Positions 1 through 9,611 of a stretch of 42,908 nucleotides of DNA are shown here, piece by piece (positions within the stretch are counted from its first letter, which is position 1; each line of letters opens with the position of its first letter). The stretch comes from a virus (taxonomy: Duplodnaviria; Caudoviricetes). The notes below the pieces were generated by a model. That model worked only from the letters and a program-made list of their open reading frames with translations. It searched no databases and was not told where the DNA came from. Where the stretch lies: positions 1-42,908 of the IMG/VR virus record IMGVR_UViG_3300049019_000116; one strand, 5' to 3'. Made by a program: the position numbers and the translations under genes.

Positions 1-127
1 CTCCGATTCCTACCATGCGCCAGCTAACGGCGATTTTGGTGTGATTAAAAATGACGACACAACCAGAAAAATATATAACGCGCTCGGTTAAAATGGAGGA
101 TTTGTACAAAACAGTATCGGCAATAGT
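1..127. repeat. Terminal direct repeat, identical to 42782-42908 (circular assembly overlap)
   Basis: ctccgattcctacc...gcaatagt occurs at both ends; ORF 41874..42872 runs through it; 127 nt is a common assembler k-mer size. Confidence 0.95.
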
Positions 128-344
128 TATAGGTGCGCTATCATTTTTCCTTAAAAAAACTATTTCAAAAGTCGACGAAATGGAAAAGCAGATGAATCAA
201 AATACCACAGCCATAGCTGTAGCCGCCAGGGAAAAAGAATTGCAAAAAGAATACTTTGATAAAATGACTCTTAATCTCCAGAAGCATATAGATGATAAAA
301 TAAATGGTCTTGAAAAATTGATGATTAACAATGCGAAAAAGTGA
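93..344 (+). CDS. Small membrane protein with one TM helix and a coiled coil; holin or lysis-associated
   Basis: The ATG at 93 directly follows the stop of the wrapped upstream gene (TAA ending at 91); hydrophobic VSAIVIGALSFFL; next to holin- and spanin-like genes. Confidence 0.6.
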   Translation: MEDLYKTVSAIVIGALSFFLKKTISKVDEMEKQMNQNTTAIAVAAREKELQKEYFDKMTLNLQKHIDDKINGLEKLMINNAKK

Positions 345-585
345 CCACCACAAGTTCGATCTTCTTTTCATGCATATAGCCGGATCGGTTATCCTACTTT
401 GTTTTGTGGTTACCGTCCTTTCGGCCATCTTTTTAGATGTAAAGTCGACTATTTTCATACATGTTTCAGGCATGGTTGAGACACTTACCGGATTGGTAAT
501 CGGCTATTATTACGGGGCGTCGAAAGGTGGCAGGGATGCGCTAAAAAATATGAGCAATACAAACAATCCGCCAGATGAAATCTAA
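331..585 (+). CDS. Putative holin (2 TM helices)
   Basis: 84 aa, two hydrophobic segments, GYYYGAS motif and a polar C-terminal tail. Confidence 0.6.
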   Translation: MRKSDHHKFDLLFMHIAGSVILLCFVVTVLSAIFLDVKSTIFIHVSGMVETLTGLVIGYYYGASKGGRDALKNMSNTNNPPDEI

Positions 586-997
586 ACTTATTCTCCTTTT
601 CACTTTGTGCCTGTTGTTCGCGTGTACAAAGAAATCAGTTAAAACTTCCTACACAGAAACCGAAAAAATCAGACTTGTGCCCGTAGGTGTCAAACCAGCG
701 GACAGCAAAATGAATGTCGTGATCAAATGCGATCCGGTTACCAATATGCCGATTCCAGTCAATCAGGAATTCAAAACCGACCAAACCAAAACTACTATTG
801 ATTTACAGGGTAATAACCTGATAGTTGAAACTATTTACGATACCATTTTTGTGAAAGTGCCATGTCTCGACAAGATTATCAAAAGCCAATCTGACACAAA
901 GAAAACTGTGTGGCCTTGGTGGCTGTATGCCGCTTTGATTGCCTGTGCATTGGCTATTGTATGGAATGTCTTACGGTTTCTTAAGATCATAAAATGA
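575..997 (+). CDS. Putative unimolecular spanin (lipoprotein with C-terminal TM helix)
   Basis: Lipobox LLFA-C; beta-rich middle; C-terminal TM WWLYAALIACALAIVWNV followed by basic residues. Confidence 0.65.
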   Translation: MKSKLILLFTLCLLFACTKKSVKTSYTETEKIRLVPVGVKPADSKMNVVIKCDPVTNMPIPVNQEFKTDQTKTTIDLQGNNLIVETIYDTIFVKVPCLDKIIKSQSDTKKTVWPWWLYAALIACALAIVWNVLRFLKIIK

Positions 998-1800
998 AGG
1001 AACTAACCATAAACTTCAGAGGTGGAGGTAAAAGGGGTAAATCCATAGGTGTGTCAGTTCCTGAAACATGGAATGAACTGAGTAAAAAGCAACTCGAAGA
1101 CATCACTAGGGTACTTAACACAGATCTTCCAAAAATTTCAACAAGGTGTTATATCCTTAAATCTCTGTTAGGAGTCAAGAACTCTATTTTCTTTTCCCTT
1201 CAGGATTACGATATCGCCTGCCTTTTATACCTGACCAATTTTATTTTCAAGGATTGCACCCTCACAAAAAACAATCTGCCGATTATAAGATTCGGTTTTC
1301 TTGGTTTGAATAAGCTAGCCGGCCCTACTGACGACTTTAGCAATATCCGTTTCAAGGAATTTATGTTTGCAGACACTTTCCTTGGCAAATCAGCCAGGGC
1401 AAAGGATGAGAAAACAAAAAAGTTCTTTCTGGATAAATTCATTGCCTGCCTTTACAGGCCAATAGACAAACAAGCGGAGCCCGGCGACCTTCGCGAAAAA
1501 TTCAACGAACATCTTGTAGATAAAAGAGCAAAGCAGATTTCAAAACTGTCGCCTATCAAAAAACAAATGATTGTCACCTGGTACAAAGGGTGTCGCGCTC
1601 ATTTGGAAAACCTGAATCAGGAAGTATTCCGGGAAGATCCGGAGGCGAAAAAGAAGAAAGGCGGAAACTGGGGCGATGTTCTGTTGTCCCTTCCAAATGA
1701 CAAATTCGGAACGATCAACCAGGCCGCCGATGAATTCATCCACACCATCTTCCGGTATATGAACAATCAACTTAAAGAAGCCAGAACGCAGAAGAAATGA
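994..1800 (+). CDS. Phage morphogenesis protein, possible tail assembly chaperone
   Basis: 268 aa ORF coupled by ATGA overlap within the structural operon; function inferred from position only. Confidence 0.4.
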   Translation: MKELTINFRGGGKRGKSIGVSVPETWNELSKKQLEDITRVLNTDLPKISTRCYILKSLLGVKNSIFFSLQDYDIACLLYLTNFIFKDCTLTKNNLPIIRFGFLGLNKLAGPTDDFSNIRFKEFMFADTFLGKSARAKDEKTKKFFLDKFIACLYRPIDKQAEPGDLREKFNEHLVDKRAKQISKLSPIKKQMIVTWYKGCRAHLENLNQEVFREDPEAKKKKGGNWGDVLLSLPNDKFGTINQAADEFIHTIFRYMNNQLKEARTQKK

Positions 1801-2327
1801 GGCACTCAGAATATACAGCACTGTTCAGGACAATAGCTGAAACACACGTAGACATCCAGCATAGCCCTACTTCGATGCACTTCGCAAGAATTGTAATCGG
1901 GGTAAATCCTATGTTGAAAGGCGTAATAATGGAAGAGTTCCTCACATCCATGCGCACGAAAATAAAGTTTCCTTTTATGCTATGTGTGAGCTACGATAAC
2001 AAGTACATGGATAAAATTTCAGACAACATCTGGAAGATTTACCCAGCTGCATTTGCCATTCTAGACAAACCCAAAAAAGACGACTTCGACGACCAGGAAC
2101 GGGTATTGGATGAAACTGAAGAGATCGGCGAAGAAGTAATAGGATACTTGAAAAACTACTTCAGGGATGTTTCAAGGCGACCAAAGTATGTATTTGACAT
2201 TGCCGAAGTTGAGATGGAAAAGCTTGCCAACATCACAAAAGACGATTTGTGGGGGGTGTGGATAGATGTGCCTTTTATGAAGACGGCCAATGAAAATTTA
2301 AAATTCAAACCTGAAAAATTTAGTTAA
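1797..2327 (+). CDS. Putative tail terminator or completion protein
   Basis: 176 aa acidic alpha/beta protein in the tail region. Confidence 0.4.
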   Translation: MRHSEYTALFRTIAETHVDIQHSPTSMHFARIVIGVNPMLKGVIMEEFLTSMRTKIKFPFMLCVSYDNKYMDKISDNIWKIYPAAFAILDKPKKDDFDDQERVLDETEEIGEEVIGYLKNYFRDVSRRPKYVFDIAEVEMEKLANITKDDLWGVWIDVPFMKTANENLKFKPEKFS

Positions 2328-4220
2328 ATGGCTGCATCAGAGTTAGCAATACTTTTTCAAGGGCCTGTAACAGACTTTAACACACTTACATTCAAGCTGA
2401 ATGGAGTTGTACAAACTTTCAACAGAAATTCAGGTGAATCAGCTGCAGATGCGAGTTTAAACCTATACAACTATGTAAATGACTTTTATAGTACCTGGTA
2501 TTCTGTTTCGAGAAGCAATGTGGCAGGCAACTATCGTGTGGACATATTTGCGCTGGTTGACAATGTTTATTACAACTTCTTAGCCTCTGTTAACACATAT
2601 GGAGGTGGTAATAGTATTACCCTCTCAAGTGAAATACTTTCATCTTTATCTACTTTATTATGCACCGAAGAGCATGTAAATAACGCGTGTAATGGCGATG
2701 AATTAGGATCGATAACCCTTTCGCCTTCCGGCGGTGTATCTCCTTATTCATTCGCGTGGGGCGATGGACCTGGTACGCAAAACAGGTCTTTACTTCCTGC
2801 AGGCACATACACTGTAATCGTAACAGACGCGGCCGCGCAGACTGTAGAACTGGAAATAGAAATCACGGAGCCGGACCCGATAGAAGCAACGGCAACGGTT
2901 GAGGGTGGCGATATCACGCTAGTTGTCACAGGTGGCACAGCTCCTTATACTTTCTTGTGGACTCACGATGGATCAACGGATCAGAATCGAACCGACATGC
3001 CTCCGGGGGATTATGATGTGCAGATCACCGATGCAAATGGCTGTATGGCTTTTGCAAATCCGTCTGTAGCCCAGTACCGCTTTTTCTTTTCAGACAATCC
3101 GATCATCCTGGCATTGGCCGCCGAAGATCCTGAGACAAAAGACAACCTTTCCTTTATCTGCAAAGTCTATGTTGAGTTAGAATATCTATCTGGCGTTTTC
3201 ACCGAAGTATTGGTGATGGAGCAGCCGGCAGATTCGGAAGGCAAAACGGTTTTCGATGCGCAGACCGCATTGGCTGCGTATGTAGAGCCGACATTACCTG
3301 CAGTAAATCAAAACACTGTCACCCTCGCGGGTAACAACTTCAAAAGGTTCTATCTGAAGTATACTGAGAAGTACGGCACGCCTCCCGAAGAAGCCACCTA
3401 CACACAAGTTGATATGAATTATGTGGTATTAGGTGGATTGAGCGAAGAGGAATATGCTGCAAATACATTCTTCTCATCTTACCAGGCCACTAAAAAGCCA
3501 TTTTTCACCTGGTCGCCAACGGTCAAAAACGTCTTCAAAGAACAGCCTGAATACTTATATTTCATGGTAAATAGCTTTGATCTGACGTCTTTCAAAGCAA
3601 AGGTGAAAGTCTACAATACAGATGGAACTGACGAAACATTTACTTTCCACACTCAGACCGATATTTTAAAGTATGAGTTGTATATTATTCCTTCAGGGCA
3701 CGACCTTTTGGAGCTTGCCGACATTGCATCCGGAACGGTAAAAGCCTACGAAGTATTCATCACCGATACAGATGACAACATCATCAGCGAGGTGAAGAAA
3801 TACAAGCTGATCACCGACTATTTCCCGATCAAAAGATTCCTGATGTTCCTCAATTCAATGGGAGGGTTCGACACACTTTCAGCGACAGGAAAAGGAAAGA
3901 TGACGATTGACACCGATGAGGTCCAGGCCGACAAGATATTACCATACAATCACGGTGTATCAGAGGCAGATTTCGAAATCATCTCTAAGATCGGTAGCCC
4001 ATCCATTAAAGTAAGCACTGGTTATATATCCAGTGATTATTCAACCAGGCTTCAGGATTTTGTTTTGAGCACAGTGTATTATCTGTTCAAAGACGAAAGG
4101 TATATCCCTGTCAATATCGCTTCAAGAAACGCCGAGATATTCGACGAAGACGACACACTGAAGAGTATAGAATTCACAATCGATTTACCAAAGGTTTCAA
4201 AATTTACCCCCCGTTTATAG
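2328..4220 (+). CDS. Tail protein carrying two SprB-like repeats
   Basis: GSITLSPSGGVSPYSFAW...AGTYTVIVTDA and GDITLVVTGGTAPYTFLW...PGDYDVQITDANGC; C-terminal FLNSMGGFDT typical of Bacteroidota phage tail proteins. Confidence 0.65.
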   Translation: MAASELAILFQGPVTDFNTLTFKLNGVVQTFNRNSGESAADASLNLYNYVNDFYSTWYSVSRSNVAGNYRVDIFALVDNVYYNFLASVNTYGGGNSITLSSEILSSLSTLLCTEEHVNNACNGDELGSITLSPSGGVSPYSFAWGDGPGTQNRSLLPAGTYTVIVTDAAAQTVELEIEITEPDPIEATATVEGGDITLVVTGGTAPYTFLWTHDGSTDQNRTDMPPGDYDVQITDANGCMAFANPSVAQYRFFFSDNPIILALAAEDPETKDNLSFICKVYVELEYLSGVFTEVLVMEQPADSEGKTVFDAQTALAAYVEPTLPAVNQNTVTLAGNNFKRFYLKYTEKYGTPPEEATYTQVDMNYVVLGGLSEEEYAANTFFSSYQATKKPFFTWSPTVKNVFKEQPEYLYFMVNSFDLTSFKAKVKVYNTDGTDETFTFHTQTDILKYELYIIPSGHDLLELADIASGTVKAYEVFITDTDDNIISEVKKYKLITDYFPIKRFLMFLNSMGGFDTLSATGKGKMTIDTDEVQADKILPYNHGVSEADFEIISKIGSPSIKVSTGYISSDYSTRLQDFVLSTVYYLFKDERYIPVNIASRNAEIFDEDDTLKSIEFTIDLPKVSKFTPRL

Positions 4221-5654
4221 ATGTTCGCGATAAAAGTAGGTGACGAATTTCTGGACCTTGCCCCCAATGGTTCTTTGACCTTGGAGCAAAACAGCCCGTT
4301 TTTCTCAAACGATACAATACCTGGTGCCTATTCATTTCCTACGCCTGCGATTAATAGTAAGACCAATCAAAGAAAATTAGGTTTTCCAAGTATTATTTCG
4401 AACCAAAGCAATCTGAATAACATCATAGAAGCCCAGCTCTTCATTGATAAAATTCTCTATAAAACCGGCGTGATCAGGAATATCAAGCCAACGAAGGACG
4501 GGTATTCGTTCACTTTCGGAACAGATGCTGGCGACTTCCAAAGCAGGATCACCGGGGTGAGTATGCAGAGTATCGACCTGGGCACCGACACGCTCAATCT
4601 CGTTACCACAAATACAAACTACGCTTTGTTTCCGGTTTCTAATGTGGGATTCTGGGGAGATAAGAACAGCTTATTCGAAGGTTATGTTAATTACTATAAT
4701 GTTGGCGGCACCTTCGCCACCTATTCAGATCTCAACGTCGTCACGCCTTTTCCGTACCTGGTATACATTCTCAGGAAAACATTCCATGTTTTTGGGTACG
4801 AAGTGGAGGGGGCTTTTCTTGAAGATGCTCTAATAAATAAGCTGGTTATCTACAATAACTACGCACTCAATTCCACTTCAATTGCATTCAACAATCACGT
4901 TCCGGATATGACGGTGGGTGAGTTCATCATCGCCATAAAAAACATGTTCGGGCTGGGATTTGTATTCAACCCGACCGGTAAAAAAGTAAAGATTATCTCT
5001 TACAATGAGGTACTCGCAAACCAGTCCTACAAAGATTTTACCCGGAAAGCAGATCCTTTATACCAGATTGACCCCAACGAAAGCAACGGGTTCAAGCTGG
5101 TGCAGGAAATGGATTCTTTAGACGAGGCGCTAAAGTCCGAATCTGATTCGTGGATCACTTATAAAATAGGTAATGGAGCCGACGAAAAAACTACGAAAGT
5201 ATCAACAACCTTATGCCAACAGGTAGACGATTCTATCTATCCCGCGCGCTCCTGGACGGTACCGGTAGTAAATCAGAAAGGAACATCCAGCCTACACGAA
5301 CTGGGCACCAACAAATTCACTTTCAGACTGCTATTCTACAATGGCATGCAGCCAGATTCCGCAAGCAATCTTTATCCACAAGGGGCACATACCATCTCAG
5401 GAAGGAGTTTGAGATGGAGCGGTACCAACGGGCTATACAACATTGATTTCAAAGACTGGCTAGATTTTCTCGCCGAAACCAAGCCAGTGAGCTGGAATAT
5501 CCGGTTCAATATCGTCGATCTTCTCACCAACCAGATGGAAGAAAAGAAAATGATCGACTACAACAAATTCTTATTATCAAAAATCACCACCCAAATAAGC
5601 CAAAAAGACGGAATGAAACCCAGCAAAACAGAAACATTCAAAGTCAGGCTATGA
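4221..5654 (+). CDS. Tail tip or hub-like protein
   Basis: N-terminal LDL..LTLEQNSPFF..GAYSFP..N.RKLGF and PDMTVGEFI..MFG motifs typical of siphophage tail tip proteins. Confidence 0.55.
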   Translation: MFAIKVGDEFLDLAPNGSLTLEQNSPFFSNDTIPGAYSFPTPAINSKTNQRKLGFPSIISNQSNLNNIIEAQLFIDKILYKTGVIRNIKPTKDGYSFTFGTDAGDFQSRITGVSMQSIDLGTDTLNLVTTNTNYALFPVSNVGFWGDKNSLFEGYVNYYNVGGTFATYSDLNVVTPFPYLVYILRKTFHVFGYEVEGAFLEDALINKLVIYNNYALNSTSIAFNNHVPDMTVGEFIIAIKNMFGLGFVFNPTGKKVKIISYNEVLANQSYKDFTRKADPLYQIDPNESNGFKLVQEMDSLDEALKSESDSWITYKIGNGADEKTTKVSTTLCQQVDDSIYPARSWTVPVVNQKGTSSLHELGTNKFTFRLLFYNGMQPDSASNLYPQGAHTISGRSLRWSGTNGLYNIDFKDWLDFLAETKPVSWNIRFNIVDLLTNQMEEKKMIDYNKFLLSKITTQISQKDGMKPSKTETFKVRL

Positions 5655-6025
5655 CCCAAAAAGAAGCCCTCGAAAAGTGGGGTGAGATCACAGAAGAAAG
5701 ATTAGGCAAAAGTTTAGACAAATACAAAGTCGGGAAAACATCAACGCTTAAATCCTCCATTAAGGTCGATTTCAGGGGAGAAGACAAAGCGGTCCTGAGC
5801 TACTACCTGTATGGAATGTTTGTCGATATGGGCGTCGGTAAAGGAAAGAAGTTTGGAGATGCCGACAAGCTTGGCAGAAGCCGAAAAGGTCGAAAACAAA
5901 AACTCTGGTACTCCAAGCGGATCAACAAAGAAATATTTGCCCTGAGCCTAGCGATGTCAAACAATGCCGGCGAAATCCTCCTGGCCTCAATCAATAAAAA
6001 TTTACCTCAAAAATTAGAACTATAG
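5651..6025 (+). CDS. Neck or tail completion protein (HK97 gp10-like)
   Basis: Basic 124 aa protein with TSTLKSSI, YGMFVDMGVGKG and K.WYSK motifs. Confidence 0.55.
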   Translation: MTQKEALEKWGEITEERLGKSLDKYKVGKTSTLKSSIKVDFRGEDKAVLSYYLYGMFVDMGVGKGKKFGDADKLGRSRKGRKQKLWYSKRINKEIFALSLAMSNNAGEILLASINKNLPQKLEL

Positions 6026-9000
6026 ATGGCAGCCGATAAAACCAAACGGGAAGTCGAGATCATTATCAACGGCCAAAAAGCCAACGCCTCCCTGGGCGAA
6101 ATGGAAAAGGCGTTGAGGGTGTTGAATGCGCAGTTTAAGGAACTTCCAAGAAACACCAAAGAGTGGCGCGACAAATTGAAGGAAGTCACCGACATGAATG
6201 GCAAGATCACTGAGATCAAAGGGAACATGAAGGGAATGGGCGGCATTATGGATACGCTGAAAACCACTGTTGGTGCACTTGGAATTGCCTTTGGAATCAC
6301 ATTCGCTGTACAACTTGTCGTCGGTTTTTTTAAGGATTCGGTAAAGGCTGCGAAGGAATTTGACGCCGCACTAAAAAACCTTTCTGCAATCACAGGGGCA
6401 CAAGGCGAAGACCTTAAATTCTATGCAGATAATGCGAAAGCAGTGGGGAAAGAAATGGGTCTCAGTGCAAAAGAAGTTGTTGAGGCATATAAATTAATTG
6501 GTTCCGCAAAACCAGAATTGCTTCAGAATAAAGAAGCGTTGGCAGCATTGACAAAAGAGGCCATAATTTTAAGTCAAGCTGCAGGTGAAGAACTTCCGCA
6601 AGCCGCCACAGAATTAACTGATGCATTAAATCAATTCAGTGCACCAGCAAGTGAAGCAAGTAGGTATATCAATGCCCTTGCCGCAGGTTCTAAAGAAGGT
6701 GCAGCCGAGATCCCAGATATCACAGAGGCTCTTTTGAAGTTCGGCGTTGCCGCCAAAGCTTCTAATATCAGTATTGAAGAATCCGTAGCGTTAATTGAAA
6801 CCCTAGCAGAAAAAGGACAAAAGGGCGCGGAAGCAGGGACAGCACTAAGAAACGTTCTTGCAAAGCTTTCAGCGCCTGATACACTTCCTACTGAAGCTCT
6901 CGCCGCGTTAAAAGATGCCGGAGTTGATATTAACTTATTAGCTGATTCAACAAAACCTTTGAGTGAAAGGCTTAATGAATTAGCAAAAATCCAAGGCAAT
7001 GCGTCAGCTATAACACGCGTCTTTGGTCTTGAGAACAAGAATGCCGCGCAGATCTTAATTGAAAATCGTGGTAGAGTAGATGAATTAAGCAAGGCTGTAA
7101 CTGGTACTAGTTCCGCTTACGAACAAGCTGCAAAAAATACAGATACATACGAGTTCAAACAAAAGCGCATGAGCGCTACTTTGGAAGCGTTCCAAATTTC
7201 AGTAGGTGAAAAACTACTTCCGATTTTAGCAGATTTTATTGAGGGAATTACAGAGATTATAGCGGGTGCAGATCCCCTTATTTCTGTATTTGTGATTATA
7301 GGAAGTGCAGCAAGCACAATCATTGATGCATTCAAATCACTCATTGCAAACTTCATTCCTATGAATGAGGGGGTGAATTCGTCCGTTGGTCTTTTCAACC
7401 TTTTAGCGAAAGCACTTAAGATTACCCTAATTCCTTTCCAGGTATTTGTCGGGGCTCTTCAACTGGCCGTTGATGGATTGAATATTCTTATTAATAAAGG
7501 GAAAGAGGTAGCCAACTTTTTCGGAGCCGACTTCAAATTAAATCCTGAAGCAAACTTCGAGACGATGGGTAAAAACCTTGAGAAGAATGCAAAAGGAGTT
7601 ACCGATACTTTGAAAAATGTATTTGGCTTCCAGGAAGAAGAAGTTAAAAAATCCACTGAATCACAATCAAAAGAGCTTGACAAACAAGTTGATGGAGTAA
7701 AATCCGCCGAAGAAAAGAAAACACTTATCACCAATGCAGAGCGAAAGAAACAGCAAAAGGAAAAGGAAAAGGCCGAAAAAGAAGCCAAGAAGGCCGCAGA
7801 AAAAGCCGCTGAGGATGAGATAAAATCTCAGGAATTAATTTCTCAGAAGAAGATTCAACTTATCTCTGATGAGTATGAACAGCGCCGCGTTCAGACTATA
7901 GCAAATGCAGACAAGGAAATAAAAGACCTGGTAGGTAGCGAAGAGCAGAAAGCACAGCTCATTAAACTAATCCGTCAACAACAGTGGAATGAGCTGGATA
8001 AGATGGAGGCCGACAGGGACGAAAGGAAGCTGCAGGAGTCCATTGATATGGAGAACAGGAGGCAGGCGGCTTTAATGCAAATAAAAGAAATCCAAGCGGC
8101 GGACTCAGAAGACCCGGAAGCAATACAGGAAGCCTTTCTGGAAAAACTTGAATGGGAGCGTGAAACAAAGCTGGAAGACCATGTTTTATTAAAGGAAGAA
8201 ATTGAAGCCATCAATGCGGAGTATGACCAAAAAAGAGAGAACGCCGAGGAAGAATTCCAGTCAAGGCGAAGAAACAGCATGCTGCAAACAGCAAGCACCT
8301 GGTTACAGCAAGCAAGCGGTTTGGTTTCTTCCATCAATGCACTTTCACAGGCAGAGACGGCCAAAAAAATTGATGATGCCGACAAGGTAAAAAACGCTCG
8401 TATCGCGAAACTGGACGAAGAACTTAAGACCGGGAAAATAACAAAGGATCAGTATGACGCAGAGAAACAAAAGGCCGATGACGAGTACAATAAGAAGGTT
8501 GAAAAGCAGAAGAGAGAACAGCAGAAAAAAAACAAACGTGCAGCCATCATCCAGGCTTTGATCAACACTGCGTTGGGTATTTCTTCAGCGTTGCAGGGTG
8601 CCTGGCCATTAGCTTTAGTTTTTGCAGCTCTTGCCGGTGTAATGGGAGGTCTTCAGGTAGCTGCCATTTCTAAACAACCTGATTCATCATTTGCAAAAGG
8701 CGGATTTACTGCACAAGCTCCTAAGAAAGGATTTATTAAATGGAAAGATGTTATCAATCATTTTGCAGTAGGAGGCTTTACGGGTGGATCACAGGCAACC
8801 TTCAAGGATGGTGGCTGGGTTCCATCCAGGAGAATTGGCGAAATTGGAGAAGCTGGTACGGAATGGGTCGCTCCAAACTGGATGATCAAAGATCCCAAAG
8901 GCGCTAACATTATGGGATATCTTGAGAATGTAAGGCAGAAAAAGCAATTTGCCGAAGGTGGACCCACTACAGATCCTCTGTCCGGGGTTCCTTCCGGTTC

Positions 9001-9184
9001 CACAAGTACGCCAGCTGTGGATCAATCAAATGCAATTCTTCAATCGATCGACAGTAAGCTTGATACTTTAAACGCAACTGTATCCGCCTGGCCTAACCTA
9101 CTAAGAGTTGAAAACCTGTTGACAGAAGTGGAAGACGGGCTGAATGAGTTAGCAGCGATAAGGGCGCAAAACGCGATATCTTAA
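6026..9184 (+). CDS. Tail tape measure protein (TP901-type core)
   Basis: 1052 aa, Ala-rich helical; GAEAGTALRN core motif; hydrophobic segments; coiled coil; repeated FAxGG and GEAGTEWV near the C-terminus. Confidence 0.93.
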   Translation: MAADKTKREVEIIINGQKANASLGEMEKALRVLNAQFKELPRNTKEWRDKLKEVTDMNGKITEIKGNMKGMGGIMDTLKTTVGALGIAFGITFAVQLVVGFFKDSVKAAKEFDAALKNLSAITGAQGEDLKFYADNAKAVGKEMGLSAKEVVEAYKLIGSAKPELLQNKEALAALTKEAIILSQAAGEELPQAATELTDALNQFSAPASEASRYINALAAGSKEGAAEIPDITEALLKFGVAAKASNISIEESVALIETLAEKGQKGAEAGTALRNVLAKLSAPDTLPTEALAALKDAGVDINLLADSTKPLSERLNELAKIQGNASAITRVFGLENKNAAQILIENRGRVDELSKAVTGTSSAYEQAAKNTDTYEFKQKRMSATLEAFQISVGEKLLPILADFIEGITEIIAGADPLISVFVIIGSAASTIIDAFKSLIANFIPMNEGVNSSVGLFNLLAKALKITLIPFQVFVGALQLAVDGLNILINKGKEVANFFGADFKLNPEANFETMGKNLEKNAKGVTDTLKNVFGFQEEEVKKSTESQSKELDKQVDGVKSAEEKKTLITNAERKKQQKEKEKAEKEAKKAAEKAAEDEIKSQELISQKKIQLISDEYEQRRVQTIANADKEIKDLVGSEEQKAQLIKLIRQQQWNELDKMEADRDERKLQESIDMENRRQAALMQIKEIQAADSEDPEAIQEAFLEKLEWERETKLEDHVLLKEEIEAINAEYDQKRENAEEEFQSRRRNSMLQTASTWLQQASGLVSSINALSQAETAKKIDDADKVKNARIAKLDEELKTGKITKDQYDAEKQKADDEYNKKVEKQKREQQKKNKRAAIIQALINTALGISSALQGAWPLALVFAALAGVMGGLQVAAISKQPDSSFAKGGFTAQAPKKGFIKWKDVINHFAVGGFTGGSQATFKDGGWVPSRRIGEIGEAGTEWVAPNWMIKDPKGANIMGYLENVRQKKQFAEGGPTTDPLSGVPSGSTSTPAVDQSNAILQSIDSKLDTLNATVSAWPNLLRVENLLTEVEDGLNELAAIRAQNAIS

Positions 9185-9215
9185 AAAATAGTCTGGCAAA
9201 TCCAGACTATTTTTT
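9183..9215. terminator. Bidirectional intrinsic terminator after the tape measure gene
   Basis: aaaaaatagtctgg-caaat-ccagactatttttt, perfect 14-bp inverted repeat. Confidence 0.85.
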
Positions 9216-9322
9216 GTGGATAAATTAAATGTTTCAATATATTGTTTTTTGATTTTAATTTTTGTTGATTAATACCGTTAGTTTATCTACACCTAGAAAT
9301 ATGTTATTAACCTTTGTCTAAA

Positions 9323-9589
9323 ATGAAGAGAAACAATGAAAACAACAGTGATTATCTTGTCCAAAATCCTTTCACCAATCAACAGGTTGATATTTCCTCA
9401 TTGTGGGAGGTACTCAACCATTTTTATTCAAATAGTCCGGGTGAGGTATCTAAACAACTGGAAATCATTATCAGGAAACTGAGCCTGGAACATCACCCAA
9501 ACATCACAAGAGAAGAGGAGAAACATATGTTGTTCGACCTTTATAATCTCAAAGACATGTTTGACGACATGGGAGTGAAAGCCCAATAA
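9323..9589 (+). CDS. Hypothetical accessory protein
   Basis: Isolated ORF (ATG 9323) after an AT-rich gap, convergent with the integrase. Confidence 0.55.
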   Translation: MKRNNENNSDYLVQNPFTNQQVDISSLWEVLNHFYSNSPGEVSKQLEIIIRKLSLEHHPNITREEEKHMLFDLYNLKDMFDDMGVKAQ

Positions 9590-9611
9590 TGAACTACAAT
9601 TACAACTAGTA

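Noticed and set aside
51-92. ORF-track start at 51
   Set aside because: It overlaps the 3' end of the wrapped gene 41874..42872; ATG 93 follows that gene's stop
1-127. Biological direct terminal repeat
   Set aside because: It is 127 nt long and falls mid-gene, which points to an assembler overlap of a circular contig
8690-8965. Repeated FAxGG motifs in the tape measure C-terminus
   Set aside because: A common feature of tape measure proteins
6007-9025. Antisense and alternative-frame ORFs over the tape measure gene, and similar ones over the primase, GT and TerL genes
   Set aside because: Shadow ORFs with no motifs, explained by codon bias of the real genes
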